Source: the human T2T-CHM13v2.0 reference genome, Homo sapiens. Taken from it: 64,000 nt of DNA. The translations under genes and the position numbers were made by a program. The notes below the pieces were generated by a model. The model saw only the letters and a program-made list of their open reading frames with translations. It was not told the DNA's origin and made no database searches. The stretch lies in the NCBI RefSeq assembly GCF_009914755.1, contig NC_060938.1; one strand, written 5' to 3'. Shown in pieces: positions 16,195 through 29,729 of this stretch (within the stretch, counting starts at the first letter, position 1; each line of letters opens with the position of its first letter).

Positions 16195-16420
16195 AGAACA
16201 AGTAAGCTAGCTAGACTCAAAATCAGGTGACTTGATGTTGGGTCCTAATTATGACATTTACTAGCTGTGCCATCCTAAACAACTTATCCTCTCTGAGATC
16301 CAATTTTATCATCTATAAATTAAAAAACATTGTATCTGCTTTACCTGCACTTTAGGATTATTGTGCAGATAAGATGGACAAACCTGTAAAGTCATGCATA
16401 GCATTATGGTATTAACGTGT
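16195..16420 (+). mobile_element. MIR
   Basis: 'ttactagctgtgcc...ctctctgagatccaattttatcatctataaa'. Confidence 0.7.
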
Positions 16421-18054
16421 GTGGATTAGAAACACATTGAAAATAGAACCTTGTATCTTGCTTTTTTCTACATATCCTCAGTGATTGCCCATAGTAGATA
16501 TTTAATAATAGGTGTTGAATCGCAGATGGAACTCTTATAACGTTGGGGAAGTAACAGCATATCCAACCATGATGTCAGGAAAGGTACTAAGACGTCCTCC
16601 ACCTGGGATAACATTTGCCACCCTTGCCTCCCCAACCTAGATATGTTCTGAAGGCAATGTCTGTTTGAAAGGCATGGCTGTGTGGGGCTTTGTGCCTTGA
16701 AATGAAAAGCTTTGGGCTCTATTTTATGATCATTTACCAACTTTATTCCATCATGTTCTCCATTTTTTACCTCCAAACCAAGATGCTCACCTATACCTCT
16801 TCAAAGTTAAGATGCAACTTCTGCCTTAGATCAATCAGTGGCTGTTCAAGAGCAGAGGACACTTTTAACTTTTCAAAAAGAAAATTCTAATGGGTGACTT
16901 AAAAACTTAATTTCCTCATTAAAAAAGGACCACGAAGGGGAAGTGAAAGCCAAATACAAACCCCCACAATAAGAGAAAAAACTGTAAAAAATAAAAGTAA
17001 AAACAGGGATTCATGAATGCAGGAAGAAATTAAAACAAACCTGCAGGCCCTCATAAATACAGCAATCAGGCAGCTCCACGCATGCATCCCACATTTGAAT
17101 TTTTATTTTATGTGGAGTATTTTTGTATCTGCTTTGCCTAAATTTGGCCTGTTACCAAAGCCTAATGACTCTACTTTATGTTAAGCTTTTCGAATGAACT
17201 AAACTTAAAACTAGGAAAAAAAAAACTGTTAATTTATCTTGCAGGAAAAGGTGTTATAATTTGAATGAAAAACAGCAAGCAGACAGATAAAAAGGAGCTG
17301 GTACAACACTTGGGCAATCAGTTATGGTGTTTTGTACCTGTAGGCTGAGAAATTGTCTCCAGTGTTGGATGATGTTATTACCATTGCCTATTTTCACTTG
17401 TACATTAGGTTCAAGCATAATCATGCAAAAATTTGAATGTTCTCCACAGATTTACTATTTTAATAAGCTCATAATGTTAAAACACTATATATGTTGACAG
17501 TGGTACTTACATTGTATTAAGAAAACAAATCAAATCATTTTCTTTAAAATGATAAGTAGCCTAGTTTGACCTTTCTATAGGCACTGGTCAGTAGAAATGA
17601 ACCTCTACAATAGTCTTCTCTCCTACCTTCCAGTCTTTTATCCCATCTATCAATAAGGACACTATTCTCACAGACCATGTGGACTTATCATTTTGGAAAC
17701 TGCCCTTGTCCTATTGAAGGCCATGGGGCAGAGTAAGACAACAATAAGCTATATTCATGAATATTCATGGCACCAAAAATATTTTCAGATATAAGAAAGC
17801 AGATGTGGTGTCTAGTTCATAAATCTGGATTATGAAGTAAAATCTATGGCTAAGTGGGTGATATTCAAACAGCAGTAGTCATAGCATCCATGCATGAGCA
17901 AGGGGGAGAATCATTGGCATAGGTAAATTCAAGTTCAGAGGAAACTGGAGGCTGACATTGAATTCAACATGGAAACAGAGAGACAGTAGTGTATCCAATC
18001 TCAGTAGGTCCTTTTGGGTCTCTATTTTGAGAAATAATTTAATAGCATTTTTAA

Positions 18055-18400
18055 AGATATGGGTTCATTGTAAAAAAAATTGGAAAATATAAACAAGCAT
18101 GAAGAAATCTATGGTTCTATTTCTCAGAAATAATCCTTGCTACTGATTTCAGATCTTATTATTCTAGGCTTCTTCCATGCATATTTTAATAGGTTCATCT
18201 GACACATACTGATTTTTAAATTGCCTTTTCCACTTAATGTCTTGTTAATGTCTTTTCATGTGATTAAATATTCTCCAACTGCAGTAATACTTTAATAGCT
18301 ATATAATATTCCATTAAGGAACACTATGCTGCCTATGGTTGGATATTTATGTGCCTCCACAACCTAAGATGGTAATGAACTTACAGCGAGTTCTTTTTGA
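18055..18400 (-). mobile_element. L1ME-type 3' relic
   Basis: 'ttcattgtaaaaaaaattggaaaatataaacaagca', 'ttgccttttccacttaat', 'ataatattccatt'. Confidence 0.6.
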
Positions 18401-20027
18401 ATACCAAAGTCTGACCATCCCCCACGCCTCACGAGACATTTTGCAGCTTTCCTAAAGCCTCTGACTCTTGCGAATTTAGTGACTCAGACTGTCCCATCGA
18501 CTTCTATTTAATTTTAAGGATGTATTACACACACACCGCTCAAAAAAAAGCTCCTCAAAATAATTGCATCTACATCAATTAACATTTTTATTCTATAATT
18601 CCATAAGGGCATTTCATATATACCTCTATTTTCTTCTGCAACAACACCCTTAGAATAAATACAACACGAGAAAGTATACACACTTAAGACGCACTGCACA
18701 ATTACTTCCACCTAATCCAAAGACAATTTTCATTTATCTATTGATTCACTCAAGAAATATTTATTGAGCACCTATTGTATGACTTGCAATGTGCCACATG
18801 CTGAGACAGAAATATTTCAGAATCTACATTGGGTATGTCTTGACTTCAAAGCCAAAGCCACAAGGAAAGGTTTATGTTTTTCCTATATTTTCCTCAGATA
18901 TTAAGTACAGAACCAGTACTTAATTTATGTTATATAAAGATGTCACTCTACTTTTGAATGGTATGTGAACCTTTTTCAGCTTGTTGCCTGATTGATTGAT
19001 AACAAGAAAATCTAACGAGTCTCTCTGGACACAAATAATTGTACCAGTCAGGGCCAAATACCCAAGGTTTTCAGCAGTTCTGTCCTTCTGTGACCCTTAG
19101 ATACCAGTTATGCAAGACGCTCATCTTGATAATTGAGATGAGCAAATGAACAGTTATGTTAATAACCTTCCCATCCCTTCCCTCATGACATTTTAGGCCC
19201 TGTCCATCAAAATTCATCCAATACTTCCCTTGTGTCTCCTCATGCTAACCTATGTCCTTTTATCCCATCATTTCACTTATACTACATCTGCCCTTATTTC
19301 TCAGTTCTTCACTGGTTCAGCTCTAAACCGAAGGCTCCCCCCATTCCATCTCCCAGCCTCCAAACACCCTCCAAAACTCCTATCAGACTAAACAATGGCC
19401 TTCTCCTCCTAAGTACTTCAAAGAACACTGAAAGCTGGCCTCAAAAATCTTCCCCGACTGGTTGGAAGGAAAAGCAGCTTTCCAAAGAGTTCCATCTCAA
19501 CAGCATGCCATTCCCCATGGAAAGTGTATTTGGATATAGATAGTGTTGTTACATATGTATGAGAATATGTCTTACTTATTCACCTGCCTTTTTTCAGCCT
19601 GATTGTGAGCCCCTGAAGACTGAGAACATGTTTTCTCTGTATTCTATAATGATCCCACCCCCACAGAGTCATACTGCTAAATGTTGGTGCCACCTTTCTT
19701 CAAGGCAGCGATCAGTAATTACAATATTTTTTAACTGGTCAAGTCTAACTGGGAATAGATTTTTAGAGCTGAGAGGTGACATTGCAGGTTACCTAGTCCA
19801 TCGCCCTCTCTTTTTTTTAAGCTACAATTCTTATCTACCATGTGTCACACACCATGCTAAGCTCTTTAAGTGAATTATCTCATGTGATCCTCACAAAAGC
19901 TCCGAGGGTAGGAACTCTAATCATCCATATTTTTGTGTGCATACCAAAACTCTCCTCATGCTTTTTCACAATTAAGTATACACAAATGAATGAATATTAA
20001 CAGCTCAGCCAGGATCAGGACTTGAGT

Positions 20028-20150
20028 AAGACAGAAGAAGCACCTGGGGAAGAGAATGTAAGGAGACACTCACTCTCAGGGTTGTGAAAGTGCCTCCTTC
20101 GGTTTTGCACTCTGGGTGCCTCCCTTGCTTCACTCCAGTCCCAGCCCCAT
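20028..20150. mobile_element. MER91-like hAT DNA transposon (palindromic MITE)
   Basis: Degenerate inverted arms around 'cactcactctcagggttgtgaaagtgcctcctt'. Confidence 0.6.
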
Positions 20151-20174
20151 CCTAAACCTTGTTGCATGTCAGCT

Positions 20175-20340
20175 ACTGCTCTAAATATATTTATATATTT
20201 AATACTTACAACAACCCCATGAGATAAGTAATGTTAGTATCTTCTTTTACAAATGAGGAAACAGATTAAGTACTACGCTTAAAAATCTCAGAGTTAGCAG
20301 AGACAGGGATGGGATTCAAATCCAGTCATCCTGACTGGAG
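20175..20340 (-). mobile_element. MIR
   Basis: 'ttaatacttacaacaaccccatgagataagta...ttttacaaatgaggaaacaga'. Confidence 0.75.
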
Positions 20341-20667
20341 GTAGACATATAATTGAATGAATACCTGAATGAAGGAATAAATAAATAGAATGCTATAAAA
20401 TGTTGGGAAATGCAGAAACCTTTACATTTTATATTTACTTTTTATATTTTTACTTCTAATCCACTTCACTGTTTCAGTTAATAAATAAAGCCAGTGTAGT
20501 GAAATGGAACAAGTATAGATTTTGGAGCTAGACAAGACTGGTTTTGAACAGTGCTTCTGTGTGGACTTGGGAGATCACTTACTTATCTGCTTTAACTTGC
20601 ATTATCTCATTTTGTAAATTTTTATGAGTATTAGCCAAAAAGTACATAACCAGCATACAATGCCTAG

Positions 20668-20943
20668 AGCTGGGTGCAGTGGCTCATGCTTGTAATCCCA
20701 GCACTTTGGGAGGCTGAGACAGGGAGATTGCTTTAAGCCAACAGTTCTAGGCTAGCCTGAGCAACATAGTGAGACCCCATCTCTACAAAAAAAAAAAAAA
20801 AAAAAAATTAGCAGGGCATGGTGGCATGTGCCTGCAGTCCTAGCTATTCAGGAGGCTGAGGCAAGAGAATCACTTGAGTGCAGGACTTCAAGGCTGTAGG
20901 GAGCTTCAAGGCTGTAGTGACCACGCCACTGCACTTCAGTCTG
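20668..20943 (+). mobile_element. AluJ, 3'-truncated, inserted in a MIR (about 20490-20665)
   Basis: 'gattgctttaagccaacagttc' J-type left arm; expanded mid poly(A); internal duplication cttcaaggctgtag x2. Confidence 0.88.
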
Positions 20944-21107
20944 CAAACATTTATCAAGTACTCAATGTAAGGTAACTTTTATTATTTTATCATGTATATT
21001 TTTGGGACAAAAGAATCATACTGTAGAAACTATGGCAACTAGATATAATATTCACAACTCTAATGTAAAATATGGCTACCATGGACAAATCACATATTGA
21101 AGACTCT

Positions 21108-21527
21108 TGTATCAGTCAGGATAGGCTAAATTATGCTGAAGTCACAAACTAAAAGCCCACTTCTCAGTGGCTTCACACAACAAAGGTTTGTTTCTTATTA
21201 ACTGTACGTATCTGAAGCCAGCCATCAGGGGCTCGGCTTTAGTTACTCAGGGACTGGAGCTGACAGAGGCACTATATTGTAATAGCCGCTCCTTCTGGAA
21301 CGTGCAGTAGCCTCAGTCACCAGCAGAGGGGGGTGCTAGAGGGCCTCATATTGGTAAGCACATATTAGTATTGGAAATGACATATGTCACTTCCACCCAC
21401 AACCAACTGCAAAAACTAGTCAACATGCTCCCATCCAACTGTAAAGTGGTAGAGAAATGCAGTCCTCCCATGTGCTTGGAAGGAAAAAGCAATCAGACAT
21501 GGTGAGAACTAGATGATTTTCCCACAG
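21108..21527 (-). mobile_element. Old MLT1 (J/K/L-like) solo LTR
   Basis: 'tgtatcagtcaggataggcta...ttatgctg...tctcagtggctt...acaacaaaggttt'. Confidence 0.7.
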
Positions 21528-21694
21528 ACAGGTCCCTTAGCCCATAAAGCTATCAGAAACAGTCTTAGATTATGCAAACAACTGAAGGACTATTTCCCAA
21601 GTTGGTTTATTCTCATTGTTGAAGAAATGAAGCATAGAATTGGGTTCATAATTTAGTGGGGTTTTTTTTTGGTAAGAAATGCATTTTATCCTCA

Positions 21695-21729
21695 TGCTGA
21701 CTTAGCACGGTCTGAACTGGTCAGTTCAG
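21695..21729. promoter_or_regulatory. MARE/ARE-like site next to an everted nuclear-receptor half-site repeat
   Basis: TGCTGACTTAGCA (21695-21707) then palindrome ctgaactg-gt-cagttcag (21712-21729). Confidence 0.3.
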
Positions 21730-22710
21730 GTTTGGGGAACAGCCTTATATACAATCATTGCTGGAGTTGTCCTGAGTATGCCAAAATAAAAAATGCTGTC
21801 AGCTAGAAAGAAACTTTGCACAACAAAGTGTTAAATGGAATAGTACCAGGCAAAATAAGGTAATGCTCTTTTGCTGTCTAGCACCACATAAGATGCTAAC
21901 TGAAAGAGTAAATAAAAACACTCAACGTGCATTTAGCTTTCATAATTTACCTTCTGCAAGGTTGATTTCTAGTATGCAGAATATGCCACATTATTTAGGC
22001 TGTAAAAAGGAGCTGCTTTACACTACCTGCCATGTACAATTATAATAATCTGTCAGACAAATATAATTAGGGAGTGTGATGTCTGTTTGAGTGTGAAGGC
22101 TTTGATTGTGTGGTATTGTCTGCTCTCCCCTGTGGCACAGCATAAACAATTGTACTCAGTGGTAACTCTCAGCCAGGACTAATGCTCAGAGTCAGGAACG
22201 CCCCATCAAATAGCACAGATGGTTGGGTTTAGGTTTGAGGTTGTTGGCTTGTTTGCGTCCACCTCCCCACACACAACCCTTTCAAGTTTTGGTCAGCAAA
22301 CTTGACTAAAATAAAGCCTTCTGCAATACAATCTGGTGGGTCTCCAAGATATTGTTAACAGATCATAAAAGTGAATGGGAGACTCATGCAGAGTATGGTC
22401 AATTAACAAGTCCCAACCATTTCAATGATGAAAAACAGGCTGAGAAAACAATGCGTGGGTCACTTTAATGATTAAAAAAAATTAGGTGACACTTCGTGGA
22501 TTTAAAAGATAAAGTTGTTATTATGTAGAGTAAGTTGTGATTGTAACTTGCTATTAGATTCTCACACCAGCTGGCAAAATAGAAAAGGTAACCATCATTT
22601 CAGCTTTTCATAATAGTATTTAGTAAATTAGATTGGAAGCATGTTTCATTTTAAATTAGTCAGTAGTCTTCTTGCCATTCCATCTATACTAACATGAATC
22701 AGCCTATTTT

Positions 22711-23020
22711 ACTTAATTTTATTTTATTATTATTTTTTGAGACAAGGTCTCGCTCTGTCACCCAGGCTGGAGTGCAATGATGCAATCTCAGCTCACAGCA
22801 ACCTCCACCTCCCAGGCTAAAGCAACCTTCCCACCTCAGCCTCCTGAGTAGCTGGGACCACAGATGCATGCCATCACACCTGGCTATTTTTTTGTATATT
22901 TGGTAGAGATAGGGTTTTGTCATGTTACCCAGGCTGGTCTCAAGCTCCTGGACTCAAATGATCCTGCCACCTCAGCCTCCCAAAGTGTTGGGTTACAGGT
23001 GTGAGCCATGGCTCCCAGCT
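22711..23020 (-). mobile_element. AluJ
   Basis: Reverse Alu dimer with (ATT)n-type tail; degenerate TSD atcagcctatttt/atcaggccatttt. Confidence 0.92.
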
Positions 23021-23880
23021 GATCAGGCCATTTTAAATTTTATTGCCTAATTGATTATCTTTTTATCACTGTAACCTTCATAACCAGAGATTTTGCCGTG
23101 GGACTTCTCTACAAGAGACTCTTTTTGCTCTTTAAGAGGAGACTTACCTAGATGGTACTTAAGAGGTATCAACTTACCAAATTCTGCTGTGTTGTAATTC
23201 ATGTGGTAGAGAAGTTTGGTATTATAATCCGAAACACAGCACCTAAACTAATGGTCAACCCAAAGGAACAATGAAGATTCGACACCTTGTTTTCTTTTAA
23301 ATTACAAATATGTAACATTCTAATGGTATCTGGACCAACTTAGAAAGATCAACAACTTTGCATTAACAACAGAGGTTTCTTGCGTCTACAAGAGAGCATT
23401 AATATTTTCTCTCTCTCTGGACAAATGAGAAAAGAACCCCAGAGATGAATTCTTATACTTCTGGTACTTTTATCCTAGCTAGAGATGTGAAATAATTTTC
23501 TGGTTGAATCCACTATTGAGAAGGAATATTATTTTTACAATATTTTGATGTTTGAGTCTGCCAATGTAGACTCTAAGGAATATAACAAACCAATAATAAA
23601 ATAATGACAGATCATAAAACCTTTGCATTGGAAAGACCTCTTCCCAAGTTGAAATGATTAGTTCCTCCCTTGGATCCCACTGCACCTTGTATAGTTTTCT
23701 TTTCTGGCTATTATAAGGATATGTCTAACTCTATTGGTCTACAAATTTCCTGATGCCAGAGGTTATGTTTTACTTCTCTTTGCCTCTCTAAGGCTTAAAA
23801 TAGTGCCTACGTTATCATGAATAGGTTACCATGAATAGCTGAATTGATAGATGGATAGATGAAGGAAACAAATTCTATAT

Positions 23881-24449
23881 TGTAATAGTGGATATTTGTT
23901 GGCCCCTCCCCAGAATCCATTTCCTGCCTTCCTATCCCCACTTTTCAACAGTTCCAACTTACATTCGAAGATGCAGGTGGTTCAAGGGAAGCACTTATCA
24001 TCTCCAACTCCAAGAGTCAAATATGCAACCTATGTTAAACCAATCGGCACATTCCATCCAGCTAATCAGTGATTGGCTCTGCCTTGAGCACGTGACTTGA
24101 GTAAAGGCTTGCATTCAGAGTGAATCTCAGGATTGTTTCTGGAAAGGAAGAGACAAAGATGCCCTTTGCTGTTGGCTGTAAATGTGGAAATGTGTAGCCC
24201 TGGAGGCTGATGGCAGTTATCGCAGGACCATGAGGAGAACTAGTCTTAGGATGGAGCCAACAATAAGAAAAATATAGCAGAGGCAGAAAGAAATTGGAAA
24301 CCTCACTTGAAGCCAATCTTATCTTTGGACTTTTCAGTTACAAAAAAAAAATGAAGAAGAAGAAGAAGAGGAAGAGGAAATTTTCTTATGTTTTCATATC
24401 AGCATGGGTCAGATGTTCTGTTCTTTGCAAAATGATGTATCCTGATACA
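23881..24449 (+). mobile_element. Old MLT1 (K-like) solo LTR with internal (GAA)n expansion
   Basis: tgt...tgataca termini; 'agtgattggctc', 'tggacttttcagttac'. Confidence 0.65.
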
Positions 24450-24564
24450 ATTGTGAATATCATTGAGCAGATGTGATTTGAACAAACACAATGTACTTCA
24501 AAAATGTTGACAAATCCTAATCCAAAAACATATATACCATTTCTGCCAACTAGAAGTGTTGAAT

Positions 24565-25740
24565 ACCCTTAATTCCCATTTTCCACTAAAAGGAACCAGG
24601 GCTTCTTGAAGAAACAATTGATTCTAGGTTTGGATAGGAAATGTACAAGTTCAGCGTGGAACATGTGGTTATACCAAAAATCAGGAAAGTTCTCAAAAGC
24701 TGCTGTGTCAAAGATCTTAGAAGCCAACTTGAAAAGGTTCCCCAAAATGGGACAACTTGAGCATCAACAACATAATAATAATTTCCATGGCTTAAAATTA
24801 ATCAAATATAAACATTCACACATTCGTAATGGTATGAGGGGAAACAAATCTCATTCATCTTAGAGAATATTATGAGAACATCTAAATAAAGAGAAACAAT
24901 CAAGCACATAACCTGCTTTCTTGTATGAACTGTATCCCAGGAAGATCTAATCATTATTGAGGAAAAGTTTCTCTCTATAGACATGAAGAGAGCCCCATGT
25001 CACAAATGCTTAATGCAATAATGGATTGAGGCAATAAGCATCAGTGGCTACTAAAACCCCCCAAAATAGAAACAACTAGACATGTATGCTTCTTGATGTA
25101 AGTACACCATATCACCAGTGAAGTGTTCTTGTCAGGTAATCAAACCTGAATGAGATCAAGCTTCTAAATCTAACTACTATTTCACAGGAAATTTTAAAAG
25201 AATGCAATCAACAAAATCCAAAATGTGAAACTCTGTAGAGAAAATGACTCAATTTTCGTCAACAAATAAATTGCAAGAAACAAAAAGAAATGAGGGAGAA
25301 CTTATGGATTAAAAGATTTATAAGAGACATAACAACCAAAGGTAATATGAGGACCTTACTGAAATTTGGATTTGAACAAACCAACCATTTAAAAAATGAG
25401 ATAATCAGAGATATTTGGAGGCTAACTAGCTATTTGATGATATTAAGGAATTAGTATTAATTTCAATTAATACTAATGATTATTTTTATTGGATGGTGAT
25501 GATTTTTTAAGGATTCTTCATATTTTATAGACTCATACAAAAGTAGTTATGGGTGCAAACGTATGGTGTCTTGGGTTTGCTTCAAAATAATACTTCGGGA
25601 ATGGGGGAGAGGAGTAGTAAAGATTAAACAAGATTGGCCATGAGTTAATTGTTGAAGATGAATGATGGGTATATGAGAGTTTATTAGACTATTATCTCTA
25701 CTCTTGTGCAATAGTTAAAATTTGCCATAATAAAAATTGT
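24565..25740 (+). mobile_element. L1MC/L1ME-type 3' region relic
   Basis: 'ccactaaaaggaaccagggcttcttgaagaa', 'aatgcaatcaacaaaatccaaaatgtg', end 'ttattagactattatctctactcttgtg...ccataataaaaa'. Confidence 0.75.
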
Positions 25741-27407
25741 AAGTATATCATTCTATTATCACTGAAAATCATACATATATGCCAACCTTCCTTGTTTTTA
25801 CATAAACAGGCTGCCATTCTTTGATCACATTCTAATTTAACCATGTTCTATTTCACCTGCAGTCCACCATCACTGCAGTCTGCCTGCCTTCTTCCCAATG
25901 AGCATTGTCCCGCATGTGCACACTCATCCCCATGGAGGTGGTCATAGCATATCCATCATTCTCCCAGACCACACACAAAATTCATTTTCATACACATGGT
26001 TTTCTTCCATTCATTCTCTGACACCTCTGCTCTACACCCATGGCACCGATCATTCCAATTCCCATATCTCTTTTAAAAGGGACATGCTTCCTAACTCATG
26101 CAGACAGAGACATAGAGCAAGTGCTAGTTTGAAGAGTTCCAACATCCACCTTCCTGTGGGCCTCTATACATAATCTGGCTCAGTCTAAACCTCTTAAGTG
26201 AAATGCTCTCCTGGAAATAAAATCTGCTTTCTATGTTCTATTTTATTTTAAACTCAATACAAAGCAATGGTCCCCAAAGAAAAGTTATGCTGGAGTTAGG
26301 TTCACACAATTTCCCTGAAATGTAATATGAGATTTAAACACAGATGATATGACTGGTTAATAAATGTCACCATTGAGCAGCTTTGTTCACCTAATAATAT
26401 CATTCAGATCATTATAAACAAATTGAAGGGGTTCTTATGTGAAACAAACACGGCAGGACTTATTCCTGAGTAACACAAGACCAAGGCAGGGCAGCCAATC
26501 CTAACGGGCAGCGAGAAGGGGCAAGGCCAGCGTGCAGCTTTGTGGTATCCCGGGAGGATTTTATTTCCAAATATAAAATTCATGCCATGCTCACAGGCAG
26601 AACCTTAGAATAGTCATAATGATCTAATGACAGTATTACCATGGAAGGCTGCTACTAATACCTTGAACTACTGCCGTTCTATACAGATCCAGGGATATGA
26701 TTTCAAAGCTCATGTGGAATGAAGACTGCCCCACCTGAAAGCAATCTACCCAAGTAAAAAGAAGAAGGAAGAAAAGAAAAGGGCAGAATGCAACTGAAGC
26801 CCACAATTTGGGATATCTAGGATGGGGAGGTCAGAGTTGGTTCTTTGTGGGGTTTCTTTTATTATTGTTGTAGTTTGGGGAGGGAGTGGTATTTTATGGC
26901 AAAGAACGAGAAAATATCTCTAAATTGGACAGCATTGCCTGCCTCGGACTTTTTGAATTACCTCTGACTTAAAGATTATAAAGTGTTTATTTTTCTCTTC
27001 CAAGAAGGGAGGGCATAGTAATTTCCTCCATTACCCTCATGCTCTCCTCCCTCTGCTGTTGAGGGGACAGTTCATTGATGATAGCTCCCTTGTGCTCAGT
27101 CAACACTGATGGCAAAAAGAAAGAAAATAAACAGCATATTACCTGTGAAAGAATGGGGAGCCCCTATAAGTCCAACCTAATAAACATCCAAGGACTATTG
27201 GGCCTGTCACTTGACATTTTGATGGAAATGGCTGTTGTTGTATTTCTAGAAATCAAAGGAAACATCAGAACCTTTGCAAACAGGAAAGCTGCATAACATT
27301 TCAAATACCAGTTAAGTGCCTATATTTATAGGTAGTGTTCACTGTTTCAAATATAACCCTGCAATTCTTTTGGAGAGAGGTTCTGACAGGGCTAACAGAC
27401 CTGTTTA

Positions 27408-27435
27408 ATATATATATATATATGTATATATATAT
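27408..27435. repeat. (TA)n microsatellite
   Basis: atatatatatatatatgtatatatatat. Confidence 0.9.
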
Positions 27436-28849
27436 CATTTTTAAATGATGCTGAAATTTCCTTTTATTCCTTCGATAATTTGCAGTTGGAATTCATAATT
27501 TTAGCAGTATTTCTCACATATAATGCCAAATTCGGTAACACCTACTTAAAGTGCATTGTAGCATGTGTTTAAGATACATTGAGCTCTTTGCAGAAAAGGT
27601 GCTATAGAAATCTAATAAATAATAAGTAGATGATTGACAAAGGATAACATTAGGAGCTCATTTTTGAAACTTTATAAAAATACATGCATTTGGGTTAATT
27701 CTCAGCTAGACAATCTCCTTGGCAGGTAGTGTGTAAGGGATCCTACATGCCCCAGATTTTAAGGTTCTGGAATATGATGGAGAGGAAAAAAAGGTCATGG
27801 CCTGCAGAAGATAGTTCTGAGGTTACAATAGTTCTCAACAAGAATCCAGGCAGGAATCCTCCCAATTTTGGCCTTGAAAATGCATTCACTGATGTTATTT
27901 GGAATGTGAAAGAAATCCAAAATATATAGAAGGTAGAGTTATAAAGGGCGGCTGGATTCAACCACATGGCCAAATTTGAATCAGCAAACTGACATTCTCT
28001 AAGATAACACACATTATGTCCTTTAAAATTAAAAAAGAAAAACAAGAGCCAAGTATCATTACTCATTTGTTATTTTGTGAGTTGGTTCAACTCAAGAATG
28101 CATAATTTTCTGGTTCTAATGCAAACTAAGGAAGGACGAGAGCCAGATATAAACAATTTCCTCCTTCTGGAGTAAAATATATAGCTATCCAGGGATTTAA
28201 TGTGATTATGAAAAGAGACCAGATGCCTTGAATCTTGGCTGCTACAGGACCTGGCTTGGCAGCCTATAGGTTGATCTCAGAGAGGTAAAGATGAGTCTAA
28301 GAGGACTACTTTAAAAATGGAAATAAAATGGTTTATAAGTAAGCAAAAGCAGGAACAAGCTTATCGTAAGCAGAGTAAGCTGATGAAGGTGCAGATAAAA
28401 CTTCATCAGAAAACCTGTGTAGTATCGTTTATGCCAAAGCATGACATTTGAATCTTCACATAGGAGTATGAGTTTCCAATGCATTTGGTTTTGGGATTAC
28501 ATCTTGGACAAGTTCTTTCTCTTTTTTTTTTAATTTTTCTTTGGTGATTTTATTGACTACTACTACTAATATGTGCATTTTGTAGAGAAGTTTTATATAT
28601 GCCAGCTAAATAAAATCCTTCATACATGTCTCCAAATGTTGGACAAATGTAGATACATTGTTTATGCCAATGTCATTTGTTATATTGAAGTTGCCCTGAT
28701 CATTTAATCTCCCTGTTTATTGTGGTTGGAAGTACTTTACATACTACCATATCATCTACAATTTGATCTTATACTATTTTATTTCTTCTTCTTAAAGTGT
28801 AATATGATATATTATATGCCCCTCCCTAATGAGACTAGAGAAAGAGACA

Positions 28850-29080
28850 GGCAGCCATCTTGACTCCATGAGAAAATAGTTTGCAAACCAAATCAATATA
28901 CCAAGGATGGAGGAGTGGAGAGAAGGAAAAAGCCTGAATCATAATTGACATTGCTGTGCTATAAACCAACCCAAGAATTGTCCCCTGTCCCCACCTCCTC
29001 TCATATAATATCATTAAATCTTTTTATTATGGAGGCTACATTTTAGTTAGGCAATCTGTTTCTTGCAGAAGAAAGCCTCA
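28850..29080 (+). mobile_element. ERVL/MaLR LTR fragment (LTR16C/MLT1-like)
   Basis: 'ggcagccatcttgactccatgag...aaggatggaggagtggagagaaggaaaaagcctg'. Confidence 0.5.
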
Positions 29081-29729
29081 GAATTAATAAAGTAGGGTTT
29101 GAGGTTTCAAAACCCTAATCCCTGAAAGACTCTGAGCATAATATTTATGCCAACAGATTTGGAAGCTAAGGTCAAGCCAATTTGACCTAAAAGCTAATTC
29201 CTTGGGGCAAAGAAAGAGAGAGAGAGAAGAAACTAAGAAACCTAAGACATTAGTATTTCCTAAGAAGAAGGCCTGCTCCTTGCTAAACTCCTGTCCTAAT
29301 CTCAGGAAGAAGAGGAAATAAGAGAAATTCCAATTACATGTGCACAGAGAGGAGACAGAAGGAGTCAAGAGAGAACAGGCCAGCATAGCTTGTGATCTGG
29401 ATCAGGAAGGTGTAGCCACTTGAATGACCCATAAATGGAGACCATGCAGGAGTGAGGAGGCTCAGGTACGCCAGATTGGACAATTAGGGACCAAACATAT
29501 CCCATCCCCCACCCTCATTCACATCAGTACTTCATAACCTGCCTGGAACCTACACGATCCTTAGGGAAGTGGGGGCTGGGGACAGCAGTGTAGGAAATCT
29601 GAATTGATTAAATTTGAGAACTTAAAATCGAAATTTTTGAAAAATAAGAAGAGTGTTCAGACCAGAGCTTATGGTTTGACATTTACACTTACTATTTAAT
29701 TAATTAACTGCTGGTAATAATGATAGAAT

